A stretch of 64,000 bases of DNA, taken from NCBI GenBank assembly GCA_963755855.1, contig CAVWLR010000009.1, positions 538,244 through 602,243 of the forward strand. Reading direction: 5' to 3'. Positions within the stretch are counted from its first letter, which is position 1. Each line of letters opens with the position of its first letter. Origin of the DNA: an uncultured Actinomycetes bacterium. GTDB taxonomy: Bacteria; Actinomycetota; Acidimicrobiia; IMCC26256; DASPTH01. Made by a program: the position numbers and the translations under genes. Positions 38,015 through 48,900 of this stretch are shown piece after piece. The notes beneath the pieces were generated by a model. It worked only from the letters and a program-made list of their open reading frames with translations, ran no database searches and was not told the origin of the DNA.

Positions 38015-38428
38015 GTGCCCGGCGTGATCGACGCCACGCACCCCTACCGGCCCCGGTACATGAGCAACACGACGATGGCCGACGGTCACAGCGAGGTCAC
38101 GTGGACGCCGCCCGACGACTGGGGCAACCCAGTGGGCAACGTGCACGGTGGCTACATCGCGCTGCTGATCGACGACGTCGCCGGCATGGCGCTGCTGTCG
38201 GTGATCGGCACCGGCGCGCCCACGGTGAGCCTGCAGGTCGACTACCTGCACGGCATGCCCCTCGGTCGCGAGTACACCGGGCGGGGCGAGGTCGTGCGGG
38301 TGGGCAAGGCGACCGCCATCGTCGACGTCCACGTGTACGACGCCGACGAGGTGATGACGGCGCGCGGGAAGTGCTACTTCCAGCTGCCGAGCTCGTGGCG
38401 CGACCGGGACGCGACGAAGGCGCCGTAG
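38015..38428 (+). CDS. PaaI family (hotdog) thioesterase
   Basis: NVHGGYIALLIDDVAG. Confidence 0.75.
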   Translation: MPGVIDATHPYRPRYMSNTTMADGHSEVTWTPPDDWGNPVGNVHGGYIALLIDDVAGMALLSVIGTGAPTVSLQVDYLHGMPLGREYTGRGEVVRVGKATAIVDVHVYDADEVMTARGKCYFQLPSSWRDRDATKAP

Positions 38429-38487
38429 CAGCCGGGTCGGAGGCGGTGCGCCGACGACTTCGATCGAGGGAGCGCGAGTTGCTCGAC

Positions 38488-39672
38488 GTGAGGAACCAGG
38501 CCGCCATCGTCGGCATCGGCGCGGTGCCGTTCGGGCGGCGGGGCGAGTTCGCGGAGCAGGGCCTCGTGCGCCTCGCGGTCGAGGCCATCACCGCGGCGTG
38601 CGACGACGCCGGGATCCGCCCGAAGGACGTCGACGGCTACTCCTCGTACTACAGCTCGGTCGAGCCGGCCGAGCTGATGACCGCGTTCGGAGCCGAGCGG
38701 CTGCGCTACGCGTCGCAGACCTGGGGTGGCGGCGGCGCATCGATGTGCGGCGCGTTCCAGAACGCGGCGATGGCGGTCGCCACCGACCAGGCCGACTTCG
38801 TGGTGGTGCACAAGGTCGCGACCATGGAGGCGACCAAGCGCTACGGCCAGGCCTTCGGGCAGCTCGGCCAGGGCGTCCCCGCGGTCGGCGGCCCCATGGC
38901 GTTCTCGGTGCCCTACGGCCTGCAGTCGCCGGGGCAGATGTTCGCCCTCGCGGTCCGTCGGCACATGCACCTCTACGGCACGACGAGCGAGCAGATGGCA
39001 CACGTCGCCATCAACGCACGTGAGATGGCGCGCACCAACCCGCACGCGCGGTTCCGCGAGCCCATCACCGTCGACGACCACCAGGCCAGCGCGATGATCG
39101 CCGACCCCCTGCGCCTCTTCGACTTCTGCATGGAGTCCGACTACGGGTGCGCAGTCGTGATCGCGTCGGCGGAACGCGCTCGCGACCTGCGCCACCAGCC
39201 CGCCTACATCGCCGCGGCCTCGGCCGGCGCACCGTTCCGCTTCGGGAACGCGCTCATGAGCTTCTACAACCAGCCCGATGTCGACTTCGCGTCGAGTGGG
39301 CACCGCGTCGTCGCCGAGGAGCTGTACCGGCTGTCGGGCATGTCGATCACCGACATGGACGCGGCCATGGTCTACGACCACTTCACCGGAATGGTGCTCA
39401 TGGCGCTCGAGGACTTCGGGTTCTGCGCCAAGGGCGAGGGCGGTCCCTACGCCGCCGCCGGCAACCTCGGGCTCGACGGCCCGCTCCCGGTGAACACCCA
39501 CGGCGGGAACCTGGCCGAGGCCTACACCCACGGGATGACGCACGTGAACGAGGCCGTGCGCCAGATCCGCGGCACGGCCATCAACCAGGTCGACGGTGCC
39601 ACCAACGTCCTGGTCGTCGGTGGTGCCGGTCCCGCACCCACCAGCGGCATGATCCTGACCGGAGCCCGATGA
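38488..39672 (+). CDS. thiolase-like protein (SCP-x / lipid-transfer type)
   Basis: AIVGIGAVPFGRR...; C-terminal NTHGGNLAE. TTG at 38479 is an alternative start. Confidence 0.8.
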   Translation: MRNQAAIVGIGAVPFGRRGEFAEQGLVRLAVEAITAACDDAGIRPKDVDGYSSYYSSVEPAELMTAFGAERLRYASQTWGGGGASMCGAFQNAAMAVATDQADFVVVHKVATMEATKRYGQAFGQLGQGVPAVGGPMAFSVPYGLQSPGQMFALAVRRHMHLYGTTSEQMAHVAINAREMARTNPHARFREPITVDDHQASAMIADPLRLFDFCMESDYGCAVVIASAERARDLRHQPAYIAAASAGAPFRFGNALMSFYNQPDVDFASSGHRVVAEELYRLSGMSITDMDAAMVYDHFTGMVLMALEDFGFCAKGEGGPYAAAGNLGLDGPLPVNTHGGNLAEAYTHGMTHVNEAVRQIRGTAINQVDGATNVLVVGGAGPAPTSGMILTGAR

Positions 39673-40118
39673 GCGACCACCTGCTGCCCGGTCTCCCGGG
39701 ACCGGCGCCCGATCCCACCACCGAGGGCTACTGGCTCGCCGCCGGTCGCGGTGAGCTCGTCGTGCAGGTCTGCAGCGCGTGCGGCACGCACCGTCACCCT
39801 CCGACCGAGGCCTGCTACGTGTGCAACTCGCTCGACTGGGCGTGGGATCCGCACGACGGGCGCGGCACCGTCTACACGTACACGTGGACCGACCGGCCCG
39901 TCGTCCCCGCGCTCGCGCACCTCGGTGTCTACAACGTGTCGGTGATCGAGCTCGACGGCACCACCGGCGTCGTGCGCATCCTGTCGCAGGTCACCGACGT
40001 CGAGCGCGACGACCTCGTGGTCGGCATGCCCGTGGAGGTGCACTTCGACCCCGCCGGCGCCACCCCCGATGGTGATGTCGTCGCGATCCCGGTCTTCCGC
40101 CCGGGCGTCAGCGACTGA
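39669..40118 (+). CDS. Zn-ribbon OB-fold protein (DUF35), thiolase partner
   Basis: ATGA overlap with the thiolase. CSACGTHRHPPTEACYVCNS. Confidence 0.8.
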   Translation: MSDHLLPGLPGPAPDPTTEGYWLAAGRGELVVQVCSACGTHRHPPTEACYVCNSLDWAWDPHDGRGTVYTYTWTDRPVVPALAHLGVYNVSVIELDGTTGVVRILSQVTDVERDDLVVGMPVEVHFDPAGATPDGDVVAIPVFRPGVSD

Positions 40119-40932
40119 CGGGGAACTGGAGCTCGATCAGGTCCTGACCGGGGTCTTCGGGATCCCAGTGCAGCGTCACCTCGCGACCGCGCTCGGCGAT
40201 CGCGTAGCCGTTGTCGTCGATCCACCGCATCGCGGCCTCGTAGGTGTCGCTGATGTCGCGCGGTGACCCCCGGTGCAGCGCTGACGCGACCTCGAGCGCG
40301 GGGAGCTCGACGACGCGCACCTCGTCGTCGTCCGTCAGCGGTGCGTCGCCGATGTCGAACCCGAGGTGGACCACCACGGTGCCGTCGTCGTCGGGCCAGT
40401 CGTAGTACGCGAGCACCGGGCCCGGTTCGATGCCCGCTTCGACCACGCGTGCCCACACGACCGGAAGTCTCGTCTCGAAGACCGGACCGATGTTGTGATG
40501 ACCGGAGCCGGGCGCGATCCCGGTGGCCTCGGCCATCCGGACGCCGTCGATCTGCTTCACGACCATGTCGATGGTGCGCATGACCTCTCCCCGCTCGAGT
40601 GCGTCGAGATGGTGCACGACCCGCTGCAGGCGCTCCTGCTCGTCGGCGATCGACGCCGAGAGCTCCGACCGGCGCAAGCGCAACATGCCCCGGAGCTCGT
40701 CGACCGAGACGTCTCGGTCGGCACCGACCAGCTCGCGGATCTGCTCGAGCCCCAGGCCGAGCTCGCGCAATGCGAGGATGCGCCGGAGGTCGGCGAGCTG
40801 ACGGAGCTCGTAGGACCGGTAGCCGTTCGCCGGATCGACGTGGGCCGGTTCCAGGATCCCGACGTCGCCGTAGTGGCGAAGGGTCCTCGGGGACACCTGC
40901 CCGAGCGCTGCGAACTCACCGATGCTCAACAT
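40108..40932 (-). CDS. MerR family regulator with GyrI-like effector domain (TipAL/BmrR-like)
   Basis: MLSIGEFAALGQVSPRTLRHYGDVGIL. Confidence 0.85.
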   Translation of the reverse strand: MLSIGEFAALGQVSPRTLRHYGDVGILEPAHVDPANGYRSYELRQLADLRRILALRELGLGLEQIRELVGADRDVSVDELRGMLRLRRSELSASIADEQERLQRVVHHLDALERGEVMRTIDMVVKQIDGVRMAEATGIAPGSGHHNIGPVFETRLPVVWARVVEAGIEPGPVLAYYDWPDDDGTVVVHLGFDIGDAPLTDDDEVRVVELPALEVASALHRGSPRDISDTYEAAMRWIDDNGYAIAERGREVTLHWDPEDPGQDLIELQFPVSR

Positions 40933-40950
40933 GACGCTGTGAGTTGTACG

Positions 40951-40969
40951 CCTTGACGCGACGTCAAGG
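40951..40969 (-). promoter_or_regulatory. MerR-type promoter dyad CCTTGACG-CGA-CGTCAAGG
   Basis: On the minus strand the region reads TTGACC, a 19-bp spacer containing the dyad, then TACAAC, 12 nt upstream of the MerR ATG. Confidence 0.45.
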
Positions 40970-40983
40970 TCAAGCGATTCGTG

Positions 40984-41627
40984 TCACCGGGGGTCGACGC
41001 GGTCGAGGTTCCAGTGCCGGATGACGCTCACGATCCAACTGCTCGGGTCGTCGTCGTCGCCGAAGTGCACCACCGAGAACCGGGAGATGGTGCGCTGTCC
41101 CCCTCGAGGTCGCCGTAGAGCACCTCGACGGTGAACGGCTCGCGCCGGGCGATGAGGTCGCCGAACGCCGCCCGCTCCTCGGGGTCGTTCTCGCGGAACG
41201 CGCCCTGCCAGAAGCTGCTGTCGCTCGGTGGCACGTAGAGGTCGCGCGACTGCGGCCGGAACGTCTCGACCGGCGCGTGGTCGTCGACTCCCACGTGCAG
41301 CTCGGGGTCGGCGTGCCACCCGTGGATCACCGCCATGCCCGCACCCACGTTCCGCACCGACATGGCCAGGTAGACCGCGTCGTCGCCCGCCTCGACCCAC
41401 GCCTGTCCGCCGGGGACGCGCGACCAGTGGCGGTCACCCCACATGATCTTCTCGACCGGGTCCTCGCGGCGTGACTGCACGAGCACCGGCCGCAGCCGCG
41501 CCTCGAACGCGCGCTCGGCGGTGCGGGCGGCGCGGTTGGCCGAACGGGTCGCTCCGAACGTGGCGATGGCGAGCACGAGGGTGCCGGCCGCGGTCGCCAG
41601 CTCGGCTGCCGTCGTCCAATCGCTCAA
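40984..41627 (-). CDS. membrane-anchored hypothetical protein, single frameshift near 41095 (G-run)
   Basis: TTG start overlaps the permease stop (TTGA). The body is in the frame of ORF 41028; the C-terminus GQRTISRFSVVHFGDDDDPSSWIV... is in the frame of ORF 40984. Confidence 0.4.
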
Positions 41628-42445
41628 CTCTTGATGTCCTTCCGGCGGAACCACCACAGTCCGATGAAGAAGAACACGATGACATACGCGAGCTGCAGGA
41701 GCACGCCCCGCCAGAGGTCGGAGTGGAACTCGCCGCGTGTGAGGAGGTCGACCCAGGTGTCGAAGTAGTGCGTCGGCAGCACGTAGCGGATGTTGCCGAG
41801 CGACGTGATCGAGTCGAGGATCAGCGACGTGAAGTAGAGACCGACGCCGGCGAAGATCGCACCGAACGGCGCGTCGGTCATGCACGACACCATGAACGAG
41901 AACGCGACGACGCCGGTCAGGCTCCACGACACGTACGCGGTCGACACGACCAGGTGGTAGAGGATGTCGCCGGTCGACTGGCCGTTGGTGAAGAGCGTCA
42001 ACGGGAATGCGATCGGGTCGGTGCCGAACACGATCGAGCCCACGATCAACGCGGTGACCACCACGATCACCACCGCGACCCACGCGCAGAAGACCGCGAC
42101 CACGAACTTCGAGAACACGAGTCGTCCGCGTCCGACCGGCCGCATGAGCAGGTACCGCAGGTTGCCCCAGCTCGCCTCGCCGGAGATGGCGTCGCCGCCG
42201 AACAGGGCGACGATGATCACGAGCATGAACGCGCTGGTGATGCGGAGCGCGAAGCCGGGGAGCAGGAGGCCGGTCTGCGACGCGAGGTAGATGAGGCGAC
42301 CGTCGCCGCGCGGGTCGGGCGGGTTGAGGTTGATCGCCACCGCCATGATGACGGGGATCAGCACCAGGATGCCGTAGGCCACGTAGGTGCGCGTGCGCCG
42401 CAGGCTCTTGACCAGCTCGGTGCGGATGACGGCGAGGGTGAGCAT
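41624..42445 (-). CDS. ABC-2 type permease
   Basis: MLTLAVIRTELVKSLRRTRTYVAYGILVLIP. ATGA overlap with the ATPase stop. Confidence 0.7.
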   Translation of the reverse strand: MLTLAVIRTELVKSLRRTRTYVAYGILVLIPVIMAVAINLNPPDPRGDGRLIYLASQTGLLLPGFALRITSAFMLVIIVALFGGDAISGEASWGNLRYLLMRPVGRGRLVFSKFVVAVFCAWVAVVIVVVTALIVGSIVFGTDPIAFPLTLFTNGQSTGDILYHLVVSTAYVSWSLTGVVAFSFMVSCMTDAPFGAIFAGVGLYFTSLILDSITSLGNIRYVLPTHYFDTWVDLLTRGEFHSDLWRGVLLQLAYVIVFFFIGLWWFRRKDIKS

Positions 42446-43359
42446 CACATGCCCTCGACCAGGCCGAGGAACGCGTCTTCGAGGCGGCGGCGGGCGGTCA
42501 CGGTCTCGACCGCGATCCCCGCGGCCACCAGCGCGGCGACGAGGTCGGAGCGGGGGCCGCCGTCGATGGTCACCGCGAGACCGGGCATCTCGTCGTCGAT
42601 GCGCTGCACCGACGGGATCGCCTCGAGCACCCGACGGGCGGCGATGGTGTCGTCGACCTCGATGTAGACGGTGCCGGCGGTGCCGATGAGGTCGGCCACC
42701 GAGCCGGTCGCGACCAGCTTGCCCTTGTCCATGACGACCGCGTGCGTGCAGATCTGCTCGACCTCGGCCAGCACGTGGCTGGAGATCAGCACCGTGGAAC
42801 CCGCCTCGGCCACCCGCCGCACCAGTTGGCGGACCTCGCGCATCTCGCCCGGGTCGAGCCCGTTGGTCGGTTCGTCGAGCACGAGGATCTCGGGCTTGCC
42901 CAGCAGCACGCGGGCGAGGCCGAGGCGCTGGCGCATCCCCTGCGAGTAGGTCTTCACCTTGCGCTCGATGGCGGTGCCGAGGTCGGCGATCGCGAGCGCG
43001 GTCTCGAGGTCGGCGTCGGCCCACTTGCCGCCGCCCGCCTCCCACCAGAGCTTGAGGTTGCGCGTGCCCGAGAGGTGGGGCACGAAGGCCGACGTCTCGA
43101 TCAGCGCACCGAGCCGGCGCAGCTCGTCGGTCCCGGGCGTGACCCGCGTCCCGAACAGGCGCGTCTCACCGGCGCTCGGACGGATCAGGCCGAGCAACAT
43201 GCGGAGGCACGTGGTCTTGCCGGCGCCGTTCGGTCCGAGCAACCCGCACACCTGCCCACGCTCCACCGCGAAGGTCAGGTCGTCGACCGCGAGCACACCC
43301 GCGCCGAAGCGCTTCGACAAGCCGATGATCTCGACGACGGGTTCGGTCATTGACGACGG
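42445..43359 (-). CDS. ABC transporter ATP-binding protein
   Basis: [32 protein letters not shown]. Confidence 0.85.
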   Translation of the reverse strand, partial: PSSMTEPVVEIIGLSKRFGAGVLAVDDLTFAVERGQVCGLLGPNGAGKTTCLRMLLGLIRPSAGETRLFGTRVTPGTDELRRLGALIETSAFVPHLSGTRNLKLWWEAGGGKWADADLETALAIADLGTAIERKVKTYSQGMRQRLGLARVLLGKPEILVLDEPTNGLDPGEMREVRQLVRRVAEAGSTVLISSHVLAEVEQICTHAVVMDKGKLVATGSVADLIGTAGTVYIEVDDTIAARRVLEAIPSVQRIDDEMPGLAVTIDGGPRSDLVAALVAAGIAVETVTARRRLEDAFLGLVEGM

Positions 43360-43419
43360 CCGCGACGAGGGCCGGTTGAGCGCGGAGAATGCACTGCGGC
43401 GAGCGTAGCGTGGCCCCTC

Positions 43420-44109
43420 ATGGCAACGACCCCCGGCCGCCGGCCCCGCGACGCGCAACGGCGCCGCGTGTACCTGGCCGAGACGCCCCTGCCGTCGAGT
43501 CCGCTCCCCGGGCTCGACGCGTGCGCGCGCTTCGCCGACCGCGTCGTCGGCACGCTCTGGTGGCACGAGCGGTTCCCGGAGCGCGACCTCGGGCACGTCC
43601 CCCGGATGCGCCCGGGCAACGGCGCCCGCCAGGCCTTCTACCGCGAGGAGGAGACCGGGCCCACGATCACCCTGCCCCGTCGCTACCGCACCAAGGGCGT
43701 GGTGCTGCACGAGCTCACGCACTGGGCACTCGGCATCGACTCCGGTCTCCCCCACCACGGCCGCACCTTCGCCCGCGTGCTGCTCGACGCGTTCGAGGAG
43801 TTCTGCGGCGCCGACCACGCCAAGCTGCTGGCCGTGTCGTACGCCGAGCAGGGCGTGCACGTCGGCCGTCCACCACGACGCGGCCCCGACGGTCAGCTCC
43901 ACTACGGCTGGGACGAGCGCCTGCGCGTCAACAAGGGAGCGACCGGCGTCGTGAAGATCAACTGGAACGTCGACGGCGAGGAGCACGAGCTCCAGGGCTG
44001 CTTCGACGGCTACGAGCGCGGCTCGTCGATCCTGCGGTGCTGGGGCGTCGACGGTCAGACCGTGCGCATCCCCACGAAGACGGTGTGGGCGGTGCGCGAT
44101 GTCGGCTGA
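43420..44109 (+). CDS. putative HExxH metallohydrolase
   Basis: VVLHELTHWALG zinc motif. Confidence 0.55.
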   Translation: MATTPGRRPRDAQRRRVYLAETPLPSSPLPGLDACARFADRVVGTLWWHERFPERDLGHVPRMRPGNGARQAFYREEETGPTITLPRRYRTKGVVLHELTHWALGIDSGLPHHGRTFARVLLDAFEEFCGADHAKLLAVSYAEQGVHVGRPPRRGPDGQLHYGWDERLRVNKGATGVVKINWNVDGEEHELQGCFDGYERGSSILRCWGVDGQTVRIPTKTVWAVRDVG

Positions 44110-45415
44110 AGGAACCCGCAAGGCGATCGTCGCCGCGTTCCTCGCCAACCTCGGCGTCGCGCTCTCGAAGTTCGCCGCCTTCCTGCTCACCGGATCGGCG
44201 TCGATGCTGGCGGAGGCGATCCACTCGGTCGCCGACACCGGCAACCAGGGTCTGCTGTTCCTCGGTGGGAAGCGCGCACGCAAGGCGCCGACCGAGGAGC
44301 ACCCCTTCGGCTACGGCGCCGAGCGCTACTTCTGGGCGTTCGTCGTCGCCCTCGTGCTCTTCACCCTCGGTGGCCTCTTCGCCATGTACGAGGGCATCGA
44401 GAAGCTCATCACCCCGCACGAGCTCGAGTCGCCGATCTGGGCCTTCGGCGTGCTCGGCATCGCCATCGCGCTCGAGGGCTGGTCGCTGCACACGGCGCGC
44501 CGCGAGGCCACGCCGTCGCGCGGACGGCGGACGTGGTGGCAGTTCATCCGCACGACCAAGAGCCCCGAGCTGCCGGTGGTGCTGCTCGAGGACAGCGGCG
44601 CGCTGGTGGGCCTCCTGTTCGCGCTGATCGGCATCAGCCTGGCGGAGATCACCGGCAACCCGCGTTGGGACGCGCTCGGCAGCATCGGCATCGGCCTGCT
44701 GCTCTGCGTGATCGCGGTCGTGCTGGCGATCGAGATGAAGAGCCTGCTGATCGGCGAGGCCGTCGCTCCGCAGGTGGACGACGAGATCCGCAGCGCGATC
44801 CTCGCCGGACCGGAGGTCTCCCGCATCATCCACCTGCGCACCCAGCACCTCGGACCCGACGACGTGCTGCTCACCGCCAAGCTCGAGTTCACGTGCGACA
44901 CGATCCCGGCACTGGCGCGTGCCATCGACACCGCCGAGGCGCGCGTGCGCGCGTCGACACCGATGGTCAGACTGATCTTCTTCGAACCCGACCTCTACGA
45001 CGCGGCGCGGGCCGTGTCACCGGAGGACGGTTCGGCCGGCGCACCCGAGGAGGGTCCGATGATCGACACCGCCGCCGCGGTCGAGGCATTCAACGAGGCG
45101 TTCAACGCGCACGACGTCGACGCGGTGATGGCGACGATGACCGCCGACTGCGTGTTCGAGAACACGTCGCCGCCGAACGGTCGGCGCTACGAGGGCCAGG
45201 ACCAGGTGCGGGCGGCATGGGAGGAGTTCTTCGCCGCGTCGCCCGACGCGCACTTCGAGGGCGAGGACGTCATCGTCGCCGGTGACCGCTGCGTCGTGCA
45301 GTGGGTGTACACCTGGACCAACGAGGACGGCACCACGAGCTCCCTGCGCGGCGTCGACGTGTTGCGCGTGCGCGACGGCAAGGTCGCCGAGAAGTTCGCG
45401 TACGTGAAGGGCTAG
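44099..45415 (+). CDS. cation diffusion facilitator transporter fused to a C-terminal SnoaL/NTF2-like domain
   Basis: CDF TM core. No stop before MIDTAAAVEAFNEAFNAHDVDAVM... Confidence 0.8.
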   Translation: MSAEGTRKAIVAAFLANLGVALSKFAAFLLTGSASMLAEAIHSVADTGNQGLLFLGGKRARKAPTEEHPFGYGAERYFWAFVVALVLFTLGGLFAMYEGIEKLITPHELESPIWAFGVLGIAIALEGWSLHTARREATPSRGRRTWWQFIRTTKSPELPVVLLEDSGALVGLLFALIGISLAEITGNPRWDALGSIGIGLLLCVIAVVLAIEMKSLLIGEAVAPQVDDEIRSAILAGPEVSRIIHLRTQHLGPDDVLLTAKLEFTCDTIPALARAIDTAEARVRASTPMVRLIFFEPDLYDAARAVSPEDGSAGAPEEGPMIDTAAAVEAFNEAFNAHDVDAVMATMTADCVFENTSPPNGRRYEGQDQVRAAWEEFFAASPDAHFEGEDVIVAGDRCVVQWVYTWTNEDGTTSSLRGVDVLRVRDGKVAEKFAYVKG

Positions 45416-45422
45416 CGACCCG

Positions 45423-45941
45423 TCAGTCGATGCGACGGAGCTCGCGGCGGTAGCGCTCACCGTTGCGGACGTACTCGGCCGCGTTGCGCAGCGTGTCGGC
45501 GGTGTCGACGGAGTCGGGCCGGATCTTCGCGGGGACGCCGAGCGCCATCGCACCCGACGGCACGACCATGCCGTTCGGCACGACCGCGCCCGCACCGACG
45601 AGCGCGCCGGCCTCGATCACCGCCCGGTGGAGCACGATCGATCCGGTCCCGATCAACGCCCCGTCGTGCACGGTGCAGCACTCGAGGTGCGCGAGGTGCC
45701 CGATCACGACGTCGTCGCCCACGACCGTCGGCGTGATCGGCGTGGTGTGCAGCACGGCGCCGTCCTGCACCGAGGTGCGGGCGCCGACGCGGATCACGCC
45801 GTAGTCGCCGCGGAGCACGGCCTGCGGCCAGACCGTCGTTCCCGGGCCGAGGGTGACGTCGCCGATCACCGTGGCCTCGGGGTGGACGTAGGCGCTGGGA
45901 TCGATCGTCGGCTCGACGTCGCCGAGCGCGTAGATCGGCAT
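45423..45941 (-). CDS. gamma-class carbonic anhydrase family protein (hexapeptide, PaaY/CaiE-like)
   Basis: MPIYALGDVEPTIDPSAYVHPEATVIGDVTLG. Confidence 0.85.
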   Translation of the reverse strand: MPIYALGDVEPTIDPSAYVHPEATVIGDVTLGPGTTVWPQAVLRGDYGVIRVGARTSVQDGAVLHTTPITPTVVGDDVVIGHLAHLECCTVHDGALIGTGSIVLHRAVIEAGALVGAGAVVPNGMVVPSGAMALGVPAKIRPDSVDTADTLRNAAEYVRNGERYRRELRRID

Positions 45942-45987
45942 GAGCTGACCCTACAGGCGGGCCGTGGGGCGGCCGATACCACGGGAC

Positions 45988-48900
45988 ATGGCCGAGGCGA
46001 CGACCACCGAGATCACCGTCACGCCGAAGCAGCTCGGCAAGCACCTGCGCTCGATTCGTCGCAAGAAGGGGCTGTCGCTGTCGGAGGTGGCGCGAGGCGC
46101 AGGACTGAGCCGACGCGAGCTCGTCGCGTACGAGCGCGGCAAGCTGCCCGTGCCGGAGAGCGACCTCTGGGTGCTCGCCGGTTCGTGCGGCGTCGACGTG
46201 TCCGAGCTGATGCCGACCACGTCGTCGATGGAGCTGACCGCAGCCGCGAGCACGACCAGCGTCGGTGACACCGTCAGCCAGCTGCGCCGCAACCAGGAGG
46301 ACGCCGGCATCACGCCGTACCTCCACACGCTGCACAAGCTCCAGGCGCTCCCGGCCGGCAAGCGCATCCCGGTGAAGGACCGCGATCTCGAGCAGATGGC
46401 CACCGCGCTCGGCGCGACCCCGCGCTCGATCGAGCAGAAGCTCCAGGAGGTGCTCAACGTCTCGCCCGACGAGGCCGAGCGGCTCCGGGCCATGATCCTC
46501 GTGCCGCCGAACGGTCGCGGCAAGCCCCGCGCCCTCGCGGCGTCACCCTCGGCCATGGCCGCAGCCGCGGCCGCCGAAGCCGCCGCGGCGGCTGCCGCCC
46601 AGGCCGCGCTCCCCGCCCCCGCGCCCGCCCCTGTGCCCGCGCCGGTCGAGGCACCGCTGTCGGCCGTGCCGACCCCGACGCCGTTCGCCGCCCCCGCACC
46701 GACGCCGTTCGACACCACCACCGAGCTGCCGCTCCCCGCGCCCGCGATCCCGTACGCGGCCGCTGCCCCGGCGGCACCGCCCGCGCCGGCGCCCGCGCCC
46801 TCCGCCGCGGAGCCGGTGCAGACCTTCCCGGTCGCGCCCGCCGCCTTCCTCGACACTCCGCTCGACGCACCGATCGACGCGCAGTACGGCAACAACGTCG
46901 ACGTCTTCGCCGAGCTCGCCCGTCTGCCCGAGCCCGTCCCGCTGGGTGACCCGTCGGCGCCGATGCCCGACCTCCTCGCGCCGCCCGCCGCCTTCACCGA
47001 GCCGCTCGTGGGCGTTCCCGCGATCGGCCCGCCCGAGGGTGCGGTCGAGCTGGTCGACAGCACGATGCCCAGCTCGTCCGGAACCACGACCGCCACCGGC
47101 GCTCCCGCATGGGGTGCCGCCGATGCCCCCCCGATCGACGTGGCCATGCGCCAGGGCTCCTCCACGTGGGACCTCGGTGAGCCGCCGCTCGTCGCCAAGT
47201 CGGCCCCCGCGACCCCGCCCGGCGCCTGGGAGACCGGCAACTGGCAGCCCCCCGCGCCCGAGGGCGCCGAGGCGACCCCCGGAGGCTTCTGGGAGGGCAC
47301 CGACGACTGGGCCCCGCCCGTGGCACCGCCGTCCGACCCGGCTTCTGCGGGGGCGCCGGCCGCCGCTCCGACCCAGGCGTTCACCGACACGACCGGGAGC
47401 CCGTTCGCCGAGCCCGTCGCAGCACCTCGCACCGAACCGGCCGTCGACGGGCCGGCCGCCCCGATGGCGTTGGGCGAGGACACCTGGGCGGGCGCCGCCT
47501 GGGACCCGCAGCCGTGGGCCGCATCCGCCGCCGCCGACACCGGCGTGGTCGGAGGCGTGACCGGTGGCAGCAACGGCGCCGACGACGGCACGCTCGACGT
47601 CAACCCGTGGGCCGGCGACGAGTGGGTGCGCGAGCCCGCCGAGCAGGGCGCGTGGGACCACCGTCCCGATCCGGCGGCGACCGACAGTGGCTTCTACGTC
47701 GACTGGGGCACGCCCGAGACCGAGAAGTCTCCGGTGTGGGAGCACCACACCGACGCGGCCGCCCCACCGGTGCCCGCCGTGGACGAGCCCGCCATCACCG
47801 CCGAGCCCGCCGCTTCCCTCGAGGCCGCCTTCGCCACCACGCCCGTCGAGCACGAGCACGACGACCCGTTCGCCGCCTTCACACCCACCGCGCCCGTCAT
47901 CGAGACCGAGCCGCTCACGACTCCCTACGAGTCGTACGTGCCCGCAGACGTGTCCACCGACGAGCCCGCCGACGTCGAAGTGGTCGCCGAGTCAGTCGAT
48001 GCACCGCCGGCATGGGACACCTGGTCGCAGCCCGCCGAGGCCTTCGTGCCGACGCCCGAGCTGGTCGAGGAGCACACCCCGGTCTACGAGACGAGCTACG
48101 AGTCGACCGCCGCGCCGACCGAGTCGGTGTACGAGTCCACCGACGCCGTCGAGGCCCCGGTCGACCACGAGCTCGCCCCCGCATGGGACACGTGGTCGCC
48201 GCCGGAGGAAGCCTTGGTCGTGCCTGCGTTCGAGCCGGCCGACGACGACGCCGTCGACGCGGTGACGCTCGACGTGACCGTCACCGAGACCAGCGCCGAC
48301 TCGGTCGTGGACGAGCCGATCGTCGACCCCGAACCGGTGGCTGCCCTCGCACCGATCAGCTGGCGCGCCGACGGCCCCGACGCCGACGCAACCGTCGTCG
48401 CCGACCCCGAGCCCGCGCTCGCTCCGGTCGAGGAGACCCCCGAGTCTCCCTGGACCTCTGAGTTCGCCACCGCGACAGGCACGACCGAGCCGGAGCCCGA
48501 GCCCCGGTCCGCAGCCGAGGAGTTCGTCGCGGCCGGTCCCGACTGGGAGCTCGGCAACGCCCTGCCCCTCGTCGAGGTCCGCGGCCAGGGTGGCCTCGTG
48601 ATGCGCCGCGCCGACGAGCGGTGGGCGCTCGCCGACATCACCACCACGTCCGACTTCGTCGCCGAGGTCGAGGTCGACTTCCGCTCCGGTCCCGGTCTGG
48701 GCGTGCTCTTCCGGGCGTCGACCGACGAGGAGGGCCGCATGTCGGGATACTCCTTCGACATCGACCCGATCTACGACGGTGGCGGCTACCTCGTGCGCCA
48801 GTGGCAGTCCGACCGTGAGCTGTGGAACCCGATCGCACGCGTGAGCGGCGACGACCCCAGCTCGATGTACGGCGTGCTCCTGGTGCGCCTCGAGCTGATC

